64,000 nucleotides of DNA from Sphingobacteriaceae bacterium (GCA_030682795.1 JAUXNJ010000019.1:94627-158626); one strand, 5' to 3'; counted from the stretch's first letter, positions 40,144-50,421 are shown. Notes: generated by a model not told the origin, from the sequence alone. Numbers and translations: made by a program.

Positions 40144-41439
40144 ATGAAGTCCATCAGCAAGTATCGTTATTGGTTTTTAGGCGCTGGTCTGGCCCTCGGC
40201 ATAGCGCTTTATCAGTTTGTTTTCAAAACCGATGTTTCGGGGGTGGAGCTCGAAGCAGAAGTACGCCGCGGCACCTTCGAAAGTGTGGTTTTTAGCGCTG
40301 GCGAACTGCTGGCCAAAAACTCGGAGAACATCAACGGTCCCGATGGCCTCCGCCAAATCGGCATCTGGCAGGTCAAAATCCAGGACCTCATACCCGAAGG
40401 CACGGTGGTAGAAGCAGGCGATTATGTAGCCGCACTCGACCAGAGTGAAATCAGTGGCAAGATCAAAGACACCGGTGCCGAGCTCGAAAAGGCCGAATCG
40501 CAATTTTTGCAGGTGAAGCTCGACACCACCTTGAACATGCGCAGCTCGCGCGACGAACTGTTGAATCTCGAGTTCCAGCTGCAGCAGAAAGAAATCACCC
40601 TCGAACAATCGCGTTTTGAGCCCCCCGCCATCATCCGGCAGGCCGAATTAGATTTAGAAAAAGGCCGGCGCGACCTCAAGCAGGCCAAAGAAAATTACCA
40701 GGTAAAACAGCAGCAAGCCGCCGCCAAGATGGCCGAAGCCCAAGCCACCCTGCAGCAGGTACGCAATAAAATGGAGATGCTCCAAAAGGTGGGCAGCACC
40801 TTTACCATCACCGCGCCCAAAGCCGGCATGGTAATTTACATGCGCGAATGGGGTGGCAGCAAGAAAAAAGTAGGCTCCACCATCTCCCCCTGGGACCCCG
40901 CCGTGGCTACTTTGCCCGATTTGCGGGAGATGTTGTCGAAGACATACGTAAACGAAGTCGACATCCGCAAGGTGCAAAGCGGACAATTGGTGCGCATTGG
41001 ACTGGATGCTTTTCCCGATTTACAGCTGCAGGGCAAGGTAACCCAGGTGGCCAATGTGGGTGAGCAGCGCGGCAATACCGACGCCAAGGTGTTTGAAGTG
41101 GTGATTGAATTACTCGAAACCGACAGTACCGTGCGACCGGGCATGACCACCGGCAACCGAATTGTTACCAGTACCCTGGCCGATACCCTCATTGTGCCTT
41201 TGGAAGCCATTTTTGTAGAAGAAGGGGTGCAGTTTGTGTACCTCAAAACCGGCTTAAGCATTGAAAAGGTGCAGGTAAAAATCGGCGAGTCGAACGAAAA
41301 CGAAGCCGTGCTCGTGGCAGGTTTGCGGGAAGGTGACAAAGTGCTCCTCAACAAGCCGGCTGGTGCCGAGAACAAAAAAATAAAGCTGCTAGCAACACCA
41401 AGCCTGGCCAATGAACAAGCGGGAAAGACAGCTCAGTAA
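40144..41439 (+). CDS. Periplasmic adaptor (MacA/HlyD-like)
   Basis: N-terminal TM; coiled coil; ITAPKAGMV, VNEVDI and RPGMT motifs. Confidence 0.88.
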   Translation: MKSISKYRYWFLGAGLALGIALYQFVFKTDVSGVELEAEVRRGTFESVVFSAGELLAKNSENINGPDGLRQIGIWQVKIQDLIPEGTVVEAGDYVAALDQSEISGKIKDTGAELEKAESQFLQVKLDTTLNMRSSRDELLNLEFQLQQKEITLEQSRFEPPAIIRQAELDLEKGRRDLKQAKENYQVKQQQAAAKMAEAQATLQQVRNKMEMLQKVGSTFTITAPKAGMVIYMREWGGSKKKVGSTISPWDPAVATLPDLREMLSKTYVNEVDIRKVQSGQLVRIGLDAFPDLQLQGKVTQVANVGEQRGNTDAKVFEVVIELLETDSTVRPGMTTGNRIVTSTLADTLIVPLEAIFVEEGVQFVYLKTGLSIEKVQVKIGESNENEAVLVAGLREGDKVLLNKPAGAENKKIKLLATPSLANEQAGKTAQ

Positions 41440-42775
41440 TCTCCACATTGCCTTGGAGGCCTTGCTGGCCAACAAAGTGCGGTCGATGCTCACGGCCCTC
41501 GGCATCATTTTCGGGGTGGCGGCCGTGATTGCCATGCTGGCCATAGGCAACGGGGCGCGACAGGAGATTTTGGAGCAAATTCGGCTCGTGGGCGTGAACA
41601 ACGTGGTGATCAACTCGGTTTTTGAGCAGGATCAGGGCGATTTGAGCGCCGCCGAGCAGCAGCAGCCCAACCGCTTTAGCAGGGGATTGCACCTCAGCGA
41701 TGCCGATGCCATCCTCGAAATTTTGCCCTCGGTTACGGCCGTGAGTCCGGAGGTGGTATACGAAACCGAAATCATTCGCGAAGGCTTCAAGCGCAGCAGT
41801 CGGGTGGTGGGCGTTACCCCGGCTTATTTTGAGATCTCCAATTTATTGTTGGCGGATGGACAGGGCTTCACCGAGGAGCAGCTGTTGAAAGGACAAGCGG
41901 TTTGCATTGTGGGGGCTACCATCGCCAAGCGCTTCTTCAACAAAGAGCCGGCTTTAGGGAATTACATCAAGGTGGGCAACCATTGGCTCAAGGTGGTGGG
42001 GGTGCTCGAAGAGACCGCAGTGAGTGAAAAAGCCATCGAAAACCTGGGCATCCGCGACTTCAACAGCGATGTGTATGCGCCTATCAAGACCGTTTTAAGC
42101 AGGTATGTAAACCGGGCCTCGGTGTTGCAAGGCGGTGGCGGCGACGATGTGATTTTTGTGAACGGTGGCATGATCAGCTTTGATGGGGAGGAGGAAGAGG
42201 GCAAAAAGAAAAAGAAGAAAAACTACCACCAACTCGACCGCTTGGTAGTGCAGGTGGGGGCTTCGGAGGAGGTAAAAGCCACTACGGATGTGTTGCTGCG
42301 GATGCTCAGTCGCCGGCACAACGAGGTGGTAGATTTCGAAATCAGCATTCCCGAGCAGTTGCTCAAGCAGCAGCAGCGCACCAAAGATATTTTTAACCTG
42401 GTGTTGGGCGCCATTGCGGGTATTTCGCTGCTCGTGGGCGGCATCGGCATCATGAACATCATGTTGGCTTCGGTGCTCGAGCGCACGCGGGAAATCGGTA
42501 CCCGGCGGGCTTTGGGCGCGCAAAAAAGCGACATCATCATGCAGTTTATGTTTGAGGCCGTGCTCATTAGCTTGGGCGGCGGTGCCATCGGCGTGGTGCT
42601 CGGCGTGCTCATGGCGCTGCTGATTGATGCTTTCACCGACATCCAGACCATTGTTTCGCCTTTTTCTGTGTTTTTATCGTTTGGGGTGTCGGCCACGGTA
42701 GGACTCATTTTCGGCATCACCCCTGCCCGGCGGGCGGCCGAGCAAAACCCCATTGAATCGCTTCGTTATGAATAA
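41411..42775 (+). CDS. MacB/FtsX-type ABC permease (no ATPase domain)
   Basis: RSMLTALGIIFGVAAVIAM; SLLVGGIGIMNIMLASVLERTREIG; PARRAA..PIESLRYE. Confidence 0.92.
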   Translation: MNKRERQLSNLHIALEALLANKVRSMLTALGIIFGVAAVIAMLAIGNGARQEILEQIRLVGVNNVVINSVFEQDQGDLSAAEQQQPNRFSRGLHLSDADAILEILPSVTAVSPEVVYETEIIREGFKRSSRVVGVTPAYFEISNLLLADGQGFTEEQLLKGQAVCIVGATIAKRFFNKEPALGNYIKVGNHWLKVVGVLEETAVSEKAIENLGIRDFNSDVYAPIKTVLSRYVNRASVLQGGGGDDVIFVNGGMISFDGEEEEGKKKKKKNYHQLDRLVVQVGASEEVKATTDVLLRMLSRRHNEVVDFEISIPEQLLKQQQRTKDIFNLVLGAIAGISLLVGGIGIMNIMLASVLERTREIGTRRALGAQKSDIIMQFMFEAVLISLGGGAIGVVLGVLMALLIDAFTDIQTIVSPFSVFLSFGVSATVGLIFGITPARRAAEQNPIESLRYE

Positions 42776-44237
42776 AGTGTGCACGCTTTTGCTGTTCATG
42801 CTGCTTGGTGCAGCCGATGGCTTTGCCCAACAGCCCGAAGTCCTTCGCCTGCCCGACGTGATCGGCATGGCGCAGTTGCGGTCGCCGGCCTATTTGCGGG
42901 CGCGCACCACCTATGAAAACAATTACTGGCAATACCGCAATTTTAAGGCGGGCATGTTGCCACAGCTCACAGCTTTTGGTACCATACCCAATCTCAATCG
43001 CAGCATCGAGCGCATTACTTTGCCAGATGGGGCTGATGCCTTTGTAGATCGCTCGCTCGTGACTTCCGCTGCCAACCTCAGCTTGAGTCAGAACGTGCCC
43101 TGGACTGGCGGGCGTTTCAGCTTCTTCAGCAGTTTGCAGCGCATCGATTTGTTGGGCAACAACACCAACAGCTCCTACCTGGGCACACCCTTTTCGGTCA
43201 GCTATTTCCAAGACAACATCTTTTATAACCGTTTTAGATGGGAGCGCCAAACCGAGCCCTTGCGCTATCAGGAGGCCACACGTGGTTACGTAGAGCAGCT
43301 CGAGGAAATTGCCATTGAAGCCAGTCGCTTGTATTTTGAGCTGTTGTTGGCCGAAAACAACCAACAATTGGCCCTCATTAATTTGGCCAATACCGATACC
43401 CTCTTTCGCATCTCTGAGGGACGCTACCAGCTGGGTAAAATCGCCGAAAACGATTTGTTGCAGATTGAGTTGTCGCTGCTCAATGCCCGCAACCGGTTGG
43501 CCGAAACCAACCTCGATTTAGAGCTGCGGATGCAAGACCTCAAGCGCTACCTCAACCTGCCCAACAGTCAACAAATTGCCCTCGAAGTACCCGATCGGGT
43601 GCGCTTTTTTGAAGTGCAGCCGCCCATGGCCCTGGAGCAAGCCCGTAAAAACCGGCGGGCGGTGCTCGAGTTTCGGCGGCGGCGCTTAGAAGCCGAGCAA
43701 ATGATTGCACAAAGTCGCGGCGACAATGGGGTGCAGCTGGGAGTGAATGCCAATTTTGGGGTAACGCAGCGCGGTACTACATTGGGGAGCGTGTATGTAA
43801 ATCCGCAGGACCAGCAAACCTTGGCCCTCACCATGAGCATCCCCTTGATCAATTGGGGGGTAACGCGTTCGCGGATTCGCATGGCCGAGGCCAACCGCGA
43901 ATTGGTGGAAGTAAATGTGCAGCAAGAGGAGATCAATTTTGAGCAAGAGATTTTGTTGCAGGTGATGCGCTTTAACATGCTCAAAGACCAGCTGCTGGTG
44001 GCCGCCAAAGCCGATACCATTGCGCAGAAGCGTTTCGACGTGACCAAAGAGCGCTATCTGATAGGCAAAATTTCGATCACCGACCTCAACCTGGCCGTGC
44101 AAGAGAAAGATTTGGCGCGGCAAGCCTACATCAATATGCTGCGGACGTATTGGCAGTCGTATTATTTACTGCGGCGGTTAACGCTGTATGACTTTGATAG
44201 AGGCGTGGAAATAGGGGTGAAGATGGCGGATTTTTGA
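42768..44237 (+). CDS. TolC-family outer membrane efflux protein
   Basis: Signal peptide; RYQLGKI and RYLIGKISITDL repeats; start ATG 42768. Confidence 0.88.
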   Translation: MNKVCTLLLFMLLGAADGFAQQPEVLRLPDVIGMAQLRSPAYLRARTTYENNYWQYRNFKAGMLPQLTAFGTIPNLNRSIERITLPDGADAFVDRSLVTSAANLSLSQNVPWTGGRFSFFSSLQRIDLLGNNTNSSYLGTPFSVSYFQDNIFYNRFRWERQTEPLRYQEATRGYVEQLEEIAIEASRLYFELLLAENNQQLALINLANTDTLFRISEGRYQLGKIAENDLLQIELSLLNARNRLAETNLDLELRMQDLKRYLNLPNSQQIALEVPDRVRFFEVQPPMALEQARKNRRAVLEFRRRRLEAEQMIAQSRGDNGVQLGVNANFGVTQRGTTLGSVYVNPQDQQTLALTMSIPLINWGVTRSRIRMAEANRELVEVNVQQEEINFEQEILLQVMRFNMLKDQLLVAAKADTIAQKRFDVTKERYLIGKISITDLNLAVQEKDLARQAYINMLRTYWQSYYLLRRLTLYDFDRGVEIGVKMADF

Positions 44238-44289
44238 TTGGCGATTTCGATTGGCGATTGGCGATTTCGATTGGCGATTGGCGATTTGG
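44236..44289 (+). repeat. GATTGGC/GATTTC tandem repeat (20-bp period)
   Basis: gattggc gatttc gattggc gattggc gatttc gattggc gattggc gatttgg, starting inside the TolC stop. Confidence 0.85.
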
Positions 44290-44458
44290 AGGAAAGAACC
44301 ATCTGTATATCTACAGATAAGGGCCATTAAACGCAGATCCACCAACGCCAGTGCCCGGTGGATTTATGATTTCCGTGGGCTGATTTCAGATTTATGATTT
44401 AACGGTGAAATAAATCTCTAGATCTGCTAATTGTGATGATTCTGCGCATAGTCATTTA

Positions 44459-44552
44459 CGCCAGGGCCTGCTCTGTCTCTCAGCGAGCAACGCGATGGTC
44501 CCTGAGCCCCGTCGAAGGGCGGTCTGTAAAGCGAGCCGCAGGCGAGCAGTCT
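44459..44552 (+). repeat. GGTCTG/tandem-GA hairpin array, copy 5
   Basis: CGCCAGGGCC leader; contains CCCTGAGCCCCGTCGAAGGG and GCGAGCCGCAGGCGAGC. Confidence 0.8.
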
Positions 44553-44903
44553 TTCAAATAGCAGGCCGTTGTTTTGAAACCCGGCTGTGCCAACAGCCGT
44601 CTGTGTTGCTCCGAGCCCAGCCTAATTCAAGGAAAGGTTAAATCTCCTTGCCATCAGCCTCTACCTGCACCCTAACAGCCTATTCAACGGTCAACGGCCA
44701 TTAAAAACCAAAGAAAGCTTTAAAAACAGCCCTCTGTGATAACCCTTCGACTGCTTTGCGCTCAGGGACCGCCCTTCGATGAACTCAGGGACCACCTCCT
44801 AATAAGCGCAAGAGCCTACTCCATCTGAAAAGCGCAGCGGTCTGATGTCTGAAAAGGGAGCGCCAGCGACCGGTCTGTAAAGCGAGCCGCAGGCGAGCGG
44901 TCT
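44520..44903 (+). repeat. ~380-bp composite non-coding repeat, copy B (includes hairpin array copy 6 at about 44807-44903)
   Basis: Inverted homologue of 38572-38946. Confidence 0.92.
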
Positions 44904-44926
44904 TTCCCTATCTTAGCTACCTAATC

Positions 44927-45565
44927 ATGGTACAAGACGTAGATCATTATTTGGTAGATGGCTGCATGCGCTGTTCCCTTGGCGGCACACCGCAGTGTAA
45001 GGTGCACGCCTGGAAAGACGAGCTGGTGGCTTTGCGGCACATTGCTTTGGCCAGCGGCCTCACCGAAACGGTGAAGTGGGGCGTGCCTTGCTATACGTAC
45101 AACGACAAAAACGTTGCCGTGGTGAGCGCCTTCAAGGAATACGCTAGCTTGAGCTTCTTCAAAGGCGCCTTGCTGCCCGATCCCGAAAATTGGCTGGTGC
45201 AGCGCGGCGAAAACGCCCAAGCCACCAAGCTGCTGGCCTTTACAGATGTGGAGGTGATCTTCGAAAAAGAAGAAGTCATCAAAAGCTACCTCCTGAATGC
45301 CATAGAAATTGAAAAATCAGGCAAAAAAGTGGTTTTTGAGAAGGCACCAGAGCCCCATCCCGCCGAATTGCTACAGAAATTTGAGGAGGATGCCGCCTTC
45401 AAACAAGCCTTCTTTGCGCTTACGCCGGGCCGTCAACGGGGCTATGTGCTCTACTTTTCGGAGGCCAAGCAGGCCAAAACGCGTTTGATGCGCATTGAAA
45501 AGTATGTAGAGCAAATTAAAAAAGGCATTGGCATGCTCGACCATTACAAGGCGAAAAAGGAGTAA
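44927..45565 (+). CDS. YdeI/OmpD-associated (DUF1801) protein
   Basis: ETVKWGVPCYT, FFKGALL.DP and LTPGRQRGY..AKQAKTR motifs. Confidence 0.88.
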   Translation: MVQDVDHYLVDGCMRCSLGGTPQCKVHAWKDELVALRHIALASGLTETVKWGVPCYTYNDKNVAVVSAFKEYASLSFFKGALLPDPENWLVQRGENAQATKLLAFTDVEVIFEKEEVIKSYLLNAIEIEKSGKKVVFEKAPEPHPAELLQKFEEDAAFKQAFFALTPGRQRGYVLYFSEAKQAKTRLMRIEKYVEQIKKGIGMLDHYKAKKE

Positions 45566-45750
45566 GCAGGGGGTGGTGAATCTGAATCCACCTATAGCCT
45601 ATTTGCCTGCACGCCAGTCGATAACCACAGAGTAGGGAAGCTAAATTTTAAATTTTTTCTTGGCACCCTAAATAATAAGTAAACAGTTGTTGCGTATTTT
45701 AACGGTGCCAAAACAGCGGCTCGCTATCGCTTCTACAAAAATATACTGCT

Positions 45751-46152
45751 ATGAAAAAAGCCCTCCTACTGCAACTCTCCCTCGCCCTGGTGCTGTTGAG
45801 CAGCTGCGCTAAAAACATCCATGTTAACTACCAAAGCGACTCGGCAAATACAGGCAAGGTGGTGCTAAAACCGGCTGAACCCACCAATCGCACCTATGTA
45901 ACCTTTAACGACAGCTTGCTTGTGAACAAAAAGTACGTGAAGTCGGTAACCATCCACAACGTGCCAAGCGGTGAACACCACGTGCATTATACGTCGAACA
46001 ACTATGCGTACAAAGAAAAAATAGACGGTAAGATGACCGTTAATGTGGACAACAACCGCGTGATTACCAAGCTGATTGAAGTGCCTCCTTACAGTGCGGG
46101 TTATTGGATTGGACTGCTCATTAGCTTGCCTATTTTGGTGTTTGTGCTTTAG
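45751..46152 (+). CDS. Hypothetical lipoprotein with C-terminal TM
   Basis: Lipobox LSSC; hydrophobic C-terminus. Confidence 0.7.
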   Translation: MKKALLLQLSLALVLLSSCAKNIHVNYQSDSANTGKVVLKPAEPTNRTYVTFNDSLLVNKKYVKSVTIHNVPSGEHHVHYTSNNYAYKEKIDGKMTVNVDNNRVITKLIEVPPYSAGYWIGLLISLPILVFVL

Positions 46153-46304
46153 GTAAAAGCTGAGACAGCTTTCCGCTTTGTTACCTAGGCAAGCCCTTAG
46201 CTGCGCAAACTTGCCCCTAAATGTCAGATCTGTGGCTCGCATCAGCGAGTTACCGCAAGCACTTATACCGCAATAGCACTTTTCATTCCATTTATCAGAA
46301 TACC

Positions 46305-46934
46305 CTAATTTGTTGGCGGTGGCGGCGGGGGTTCAAAAGAAGCCTGAAAATCCGCCATCTCCTTCGGATACAAAATGCAAAGGAGGTCCTGGTATTTTTC
46401 GATTGCCTCTAACCTATGCCCTAAACCTTTGGTTCTGAGAAGCACTTTACCGGAATGGGCAGGACTCGTCAATAAGAATAAACTACTATGTATGGCTTCC
46501 TGGTTCGAGCTGTCAATGGCTGCAAACATGCTTTCAAGTGGGTAGCCCAAGGCCTCGGCAGGATAATATACCCGCGGAAAACACCATCTTTCTTCCTCTC
46601 CAATGAGGTTGACCATTTTTTCAAGAAACTCAATGAAAAGGCTATCGTTAGATTTGGTGAGCTGGAGCTGGTCGAAGCCCTGGCCTTTGCATACCGACAA
46701 ATTCACAACCACATTTAAAGTGTCACCCGCCGCCATGTATTTCGAAAACTCGGTATAATGCTGATGAAGATTAAAAGGCTCCTTTTGTTTTGCGCCTTCT
46801 TCTATACAGCCATACAGCCATACAGTAGCCACCAAGCTGCCTAAAAAGCCTTTTTTTAAATTCACAAACAGCTCGGTACAGCGCATCGTCGATTTCAGAT
46901 ATTCTAATATACGTGCTCCTTTTGGTTCAACCAA
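46305..46934 (-). CDS. Hypothetical protein, possible lipoprotein (start uncertain)
   Basis: 209-aa ORF; LYGC lipobox-like segment; poly-Pro tail. Confidence 0.5.
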   Translation of the reverse strand: MVEPKGARILEYLKSTMRCTELFVNLKKGFLGSLVATVWLYGCIEEGAKQKEPFNLHQHYTEFSKYMAAGDTLNVVVNLSVCKGQGFDQLQLTKSNDSLFIEFLEKMVNLIGEEERWCFPRVYYPAEALGYPLESMFAAIDSSNQEAIHSSLFLLTSPAHSGKVLLRTKGLGHRLEAIEKYQDLLCILYPKEMADFQASFEPPPPPPTN

Positions 46935-46976
46935 TTGCTAGGGGCCCGTTTTTTAAACAACAGCCTGTAGCCATGT

Positions 46977-47366
46977 TCAAGGACCAACCTTTTCTAGCCA
47001 GTAATTCAAAGTCAATCCCAAAGCTCCTAGAAAAAACAGGGATGGTAAGAGCCAGCGAAAAATCTTCCGAAACGCCCTAAGGGCATCCAGCTCCTCTTGG
47101 CCCAAGCGCGAGCCTTGTAAAATGGGATCAAATTTCGAAAGGGGCAAAAAGCCGTACCACAAATCTACCAAGTTGACCCAGGGTAAGGTGCGGCTTTCGA
47201 AAGGCTTTGCATTGCCCCAGCGCCTGAGGTGCTTGGCCAAGCGGCGCAGCTCGCTGATGGTGCGTAAGTAAAAATTAAAGAGTGTCACAGTGATTGCTAA
47301 ACCAATGGCAAGGATAGGGGGACCATAGGTTTCGATGTGGGGCCATATTTGGTGCAGCTTTTGCAT
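46977..47366 (-). CDS. Hypothetical two-TM membrane protein
   Basis: 129-aa ORF with hydrophobic N- and C-terminal segments. Confidence 0.55.
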   Translation of the reverse strand: MQKLHQIWPHIETYGPPILAIGLAITVTLFNFYLRTISELRRLAKHLRRWGNAKPFESRTLPWVNLVDLWYGFLPLSKFDPILQGSRLGQEELDALRAFRKIFRWLLPSLFFLGALGLTLNYWLEKVGP

Positions 47367-47589
47367 GGATGGATTGAAGATAGTGATTTACTGGTTGTAC
47401 TATTTCCATTCAAAATGTATTTCTGAAACGTCGCTAAACTTGGAGATGGCTTCAAATCAGTCTGATATTTTGCCACTTTGGCATCAGACATCTTTCCTTC
47501 CCAATAGATTGTGTTCAACTTTGACTTATAGGGGACAGGTTACAGGTGTATGGGTGCCACCGTTAGGAGCTGTCAAAGGTTTCGTTCCC

Positions 47590-49230
47590 TTATGGATAAG
47601 CTATTAATTTCAAGCTAAATGGCGGCCAATCTTCAAATTCATTTCTACCTTCGAGAACAAGCTGACCTCCTCTAGGGGTAATCCACTTGCTTCTTAATCG
47701 CCCTTTTCCTGCAGGCTCAATATGATGTACAGGCCCAAAATGAGTATTAAGTGCCTCCATAAGTTGCTCTTGCACAACGGCCATGTACTGGGTAATGGGC
47801 TTTCTATCTGCGAAAATATGCTGCAATCCTGTTCTGAGGTATGGTTGCGTTTCTACAAATTCTAAACGACATCCCAGCCACACGCTATCAGAAGCTCGAA
47901 ACACATGTTCTGTCTTAATGGTAAGTATGGAATCGATAACAGCCCGGTGCATTTGTGTGAATTGCTGCACGGGCGGGTTTTGAATGGGTAAATAATACCC
48001 AACCCCTGTGCCTTGTCTGCTTTTTTGCATATTAGTACTGCCCCTAAACGCCTCAAGTTCATTCACACGTTTAAAATCAGCTATTTGACCAGAAAGAAGC
48101 TCGAAATAGCCCTGCCAGTTTGGTGTATGCTGATAAAGAAGCGTGTCGTAAAGCAATGTCCATTTTTGAAGGTGGAGCAATTCGCCTTTTATTTGCAGCA
48201 CCGTATAATGAACATTGTCTGAATGTCCGTATTCAAGCAAGCGCGAACTATCGTTGGGGTTGAGTCCTCGATATGCATTGTGCCAACGGCTATAAATGCG
48301 TTTAGGACCAAGATCAAGCAGAGGAATCCACTCATTTCCGGAATACTTTGCCACCAAAAGCCGTGTGCTATCATTTATCACATGTAAAAGCTGCCCATTG
48401 GCTACCCAACTCCGATGCAAGCCTAGCCTACTGGTATCAAAAGAATAGTACTCTCTTTCTGTGGTATCAGCCCAAATAGTAGTCTCTCCTTGCGGTTCAA
48501 CAGGAGGAAAAGCAGCAGGGCGGCGCCGTTTTTGGTAGCGATAGGCAGGAGGACAAGGCAAAAGATCCCGTGGATCAGCTATAAGACTAAGTGCACTACT
48601 GTAATCGAGGTAATATTTCCCTTGAAACCGGGTCATTCGGTCACTGCTGTAAGGCGTAATGTATTGTTTTTTCGTTTTTTTATCGATGAACCACGTGCAA
48701 GATCCCCATTCTCCGTAATCTCTATAGTATACGCGATACCGTTCATCTTCATACACTTGATTACTCCGTTTTCGGTATTCTAGCCAGCCGTCTTTCTTTA
48801 AATCGAAGCGATAGCTCCGGTTGTGCATGTAAGGAAGCAAATGTAATTGATCATTTTGTACGTATAAATCGAGGTAAATAGTGTTTTTGCGTACCACATC
48901 GGGCAGCGGTAGTTCACGCAAAAGCTCGCCTGAACGATTAAAAACAAATAGCCGAAACCAATCAGTATTGTGTGGTTGTGGGTCCCGTTCTGTCATCGTC
49001 ACATACCAATGCCCGTCGAAATCGGCCAAATGGGAGATATAAAAATAGCACCCAGGTGTTTGAACCCCGCGTACATCAAGCGTCAGGCTGTCATGTTGTA
49101 ACTCTAATTGGGGATGAGGGCGATCTTGCGCTTGGGTAATGGCCCCACAACACCAGAACATAAACACCAAGCCGAGCATATGTTGTTTAATGATCCGCTT
49201 TTGGTAATGGTATGTTTGGTTCAAATACAT
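47590..49230 (-). CDS. Hypothetical secreted protein (start may be MLGLVFMF)
   Basis: 546-aa ORF, aromatic-rich, with a signal-peptide-like segment; no family recognised. Confidence 0.65.
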   Translation of the reverse strand: MYLNQTYHYQKRIIKQHMLGLVFMFWCCGAITQAQDRPHPQLELQHDSLTLDVRGVQTPGCYFYISHLADFDGHWYVTMTERDPQPHNTDWFRLFVFNRSGELLRELPLPDVVRKNTIYLDLYVQNDQLHLLPYMHNRSYRFDLKKDGWLEYRKRSNQVYEDERYRVYYRDYGEWGSCTWFIDKKTKKQYITPYSSDRMTRFQGKYYLDYSSALSLIADPRDLLPCPPAYRYQKRRRPAAFPPVEPQGETTIWADTTEREYYSFDTSRLGLHRSWVANGQLLHVINDSTRLLVAKYSGNEWIPLLDLGPKRIYSRWHNAYRGLNPNDSSRLLEYGHSDNVHYTVLQIKGELLHLQKWTLLYDTLLYQHTPNWQGYFELLSGQIADFKRVNELEAFRGSTNMQKSRQGTGVGYYLPIQNPPVQQFTQMHRAVIDSILTIKTEHVFRASDSVWLGCRLEFVETQPYLRTGLQHIFADRKPITQYMAVVQEQLMEALNTHFGPVHHIEPAGKGRLRSKWITPRGGQLVLEGRNEFEDWPPFSLKLIAYP

Positions 49231-49481
49231 TTAGCTTTTTAGGTAAAGAAGTGCGGAATCAGCCTTCGAAATCTTGCAATAAATTCACAAACCAGAGAAA
49301 AACATTGGATGATGTCCACATGGCCTTGGAATGTACTTTGTATGAACTAAGTTAAGCAATGAAGCTGTAACAAACCACAGCTTAAGGCCTTTTGCCGAAT
49401 TATTGCATTTCGGTGACACCAGGTCGTTCGCCTGGAACTGCTTTGTAAAGACAGCAAATAACCTTATTTGGAGAAGTTTGA

Positions 49482-49649
49482 CTACTTAAAATGTCCCGGC
49501 ATCCGCTGCAATTCCATCAGCTTCGCCCTCAGCTTTTCCATTTCGTTGCTTTTGTTGGTTTTGAAGCGCAGGATAGGGAAATCGTACTTCTCCAGGATGC
49601 GGTCTTTCATTTGATCGCGCTCGGCTTATTGGCTGCCGGTTTGGTGGAA
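49482..49649 (-). pseudogene. C-terminal remnant of a DUF2726-domain gene
   Basis: Hand translation FHQTGSQ*AERDQMKDRILEKYDFPILRFKTNKSNEMEKLRAKL; internal stop; no 5' part. Confidence 0.6.
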
Positions 49650-49650
49650 T

Positions 49651-50421
49651 TCATTTTATAAATACATGTTCATAATGGTATTCTAAAAACAGCTTCGACG
49701 GGATAAACTTATCTGGAATTTGAATTTTTATATTGTCAAAAGCTTTGAAATAAGCCTGGACTGCCATTTCGCTTTCAAAATCCATGAAAGCCTTTGATAA
49801 GCAAACTTTAAAGTCACTAGTTATGGTCATGTAGCCTTTATCAAACGCCCGGTCGTGCAAGGCATTCAGACAAAGTCCATTTCGTGGATTTAACCTTTCC
49901 TTTTCATTTTTACTCCAAGGAACAATATGGCTCGCAACTAATAAGGCCGGGATTGACAAACCTGTGATACAGCATTTAGAATAGTAATTATTTAGAACCA
50001 TGGTTCTAAAAACAGATTGATTAACCCTGGCTTGAACCTGGCGCATTGCTGACTTACCTTCCAAATCTTTAATATCTAGCAGTATATCGGCATATTTTTT
50101 GGCAATGGTGGTTTTTTGTCTTTCTGCCAAAATTTCCTCGCTCTTAAAAACCAACTCTTCTTGGTTGCTATAAAACTCATCCCAAATGGGCTGTACTTGA
50201 TTCATCCCACCTTTCAGTCCACCAATACCCCTCGCTTGGAGTCCTGGGTCGCAACTGGCAAAATTTCCCAAACGCATACCAATTGAACTAGGTGTCCTGT
50301 CCAAGAGATTAGCCAAATCAATTATCTCAGGGTTATGCTTGTGCATTTTCCCAAAGGGTAACTTCAAATAAAGATTAAAGGCTAAAATTAGCTCTTCACG
50401 AGTCCAGAGGTTTTTGGGCAT
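49651..50421 (-). CDS. HNH endonuclease (COG3440-like putative restriction nuclease)
   Basis: WTREELILAFNLY N-terminus; RVNQSVFR..CCITG..LVASHIVPW..NGLCLNALHDRAFDKG; start 50421. Confidence 0.88.
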   Translation of the reverse strand: MPKNLWTREELILAFNLYLKLPFGKMHKHNPEIIDLANLLDRTPSSIGMRLGNFASCDPGLQARGIGGLKGGMNQVQPIWDEFYSNQEELVFKSEEILAERQKTTIAKKYADILLDIKDLEGKSAMRQVQARVNQSVFRTMVLNNYYSKCCITGLSIPALLVASHIVPWSKNEKERLNPRNGLCLNALHDRAFDKGYMTITSDFKVCLSKAFMDFESEMAVQAYFKAFDNIKIQIPDKFIPSKLFLEYHYEHVFIK

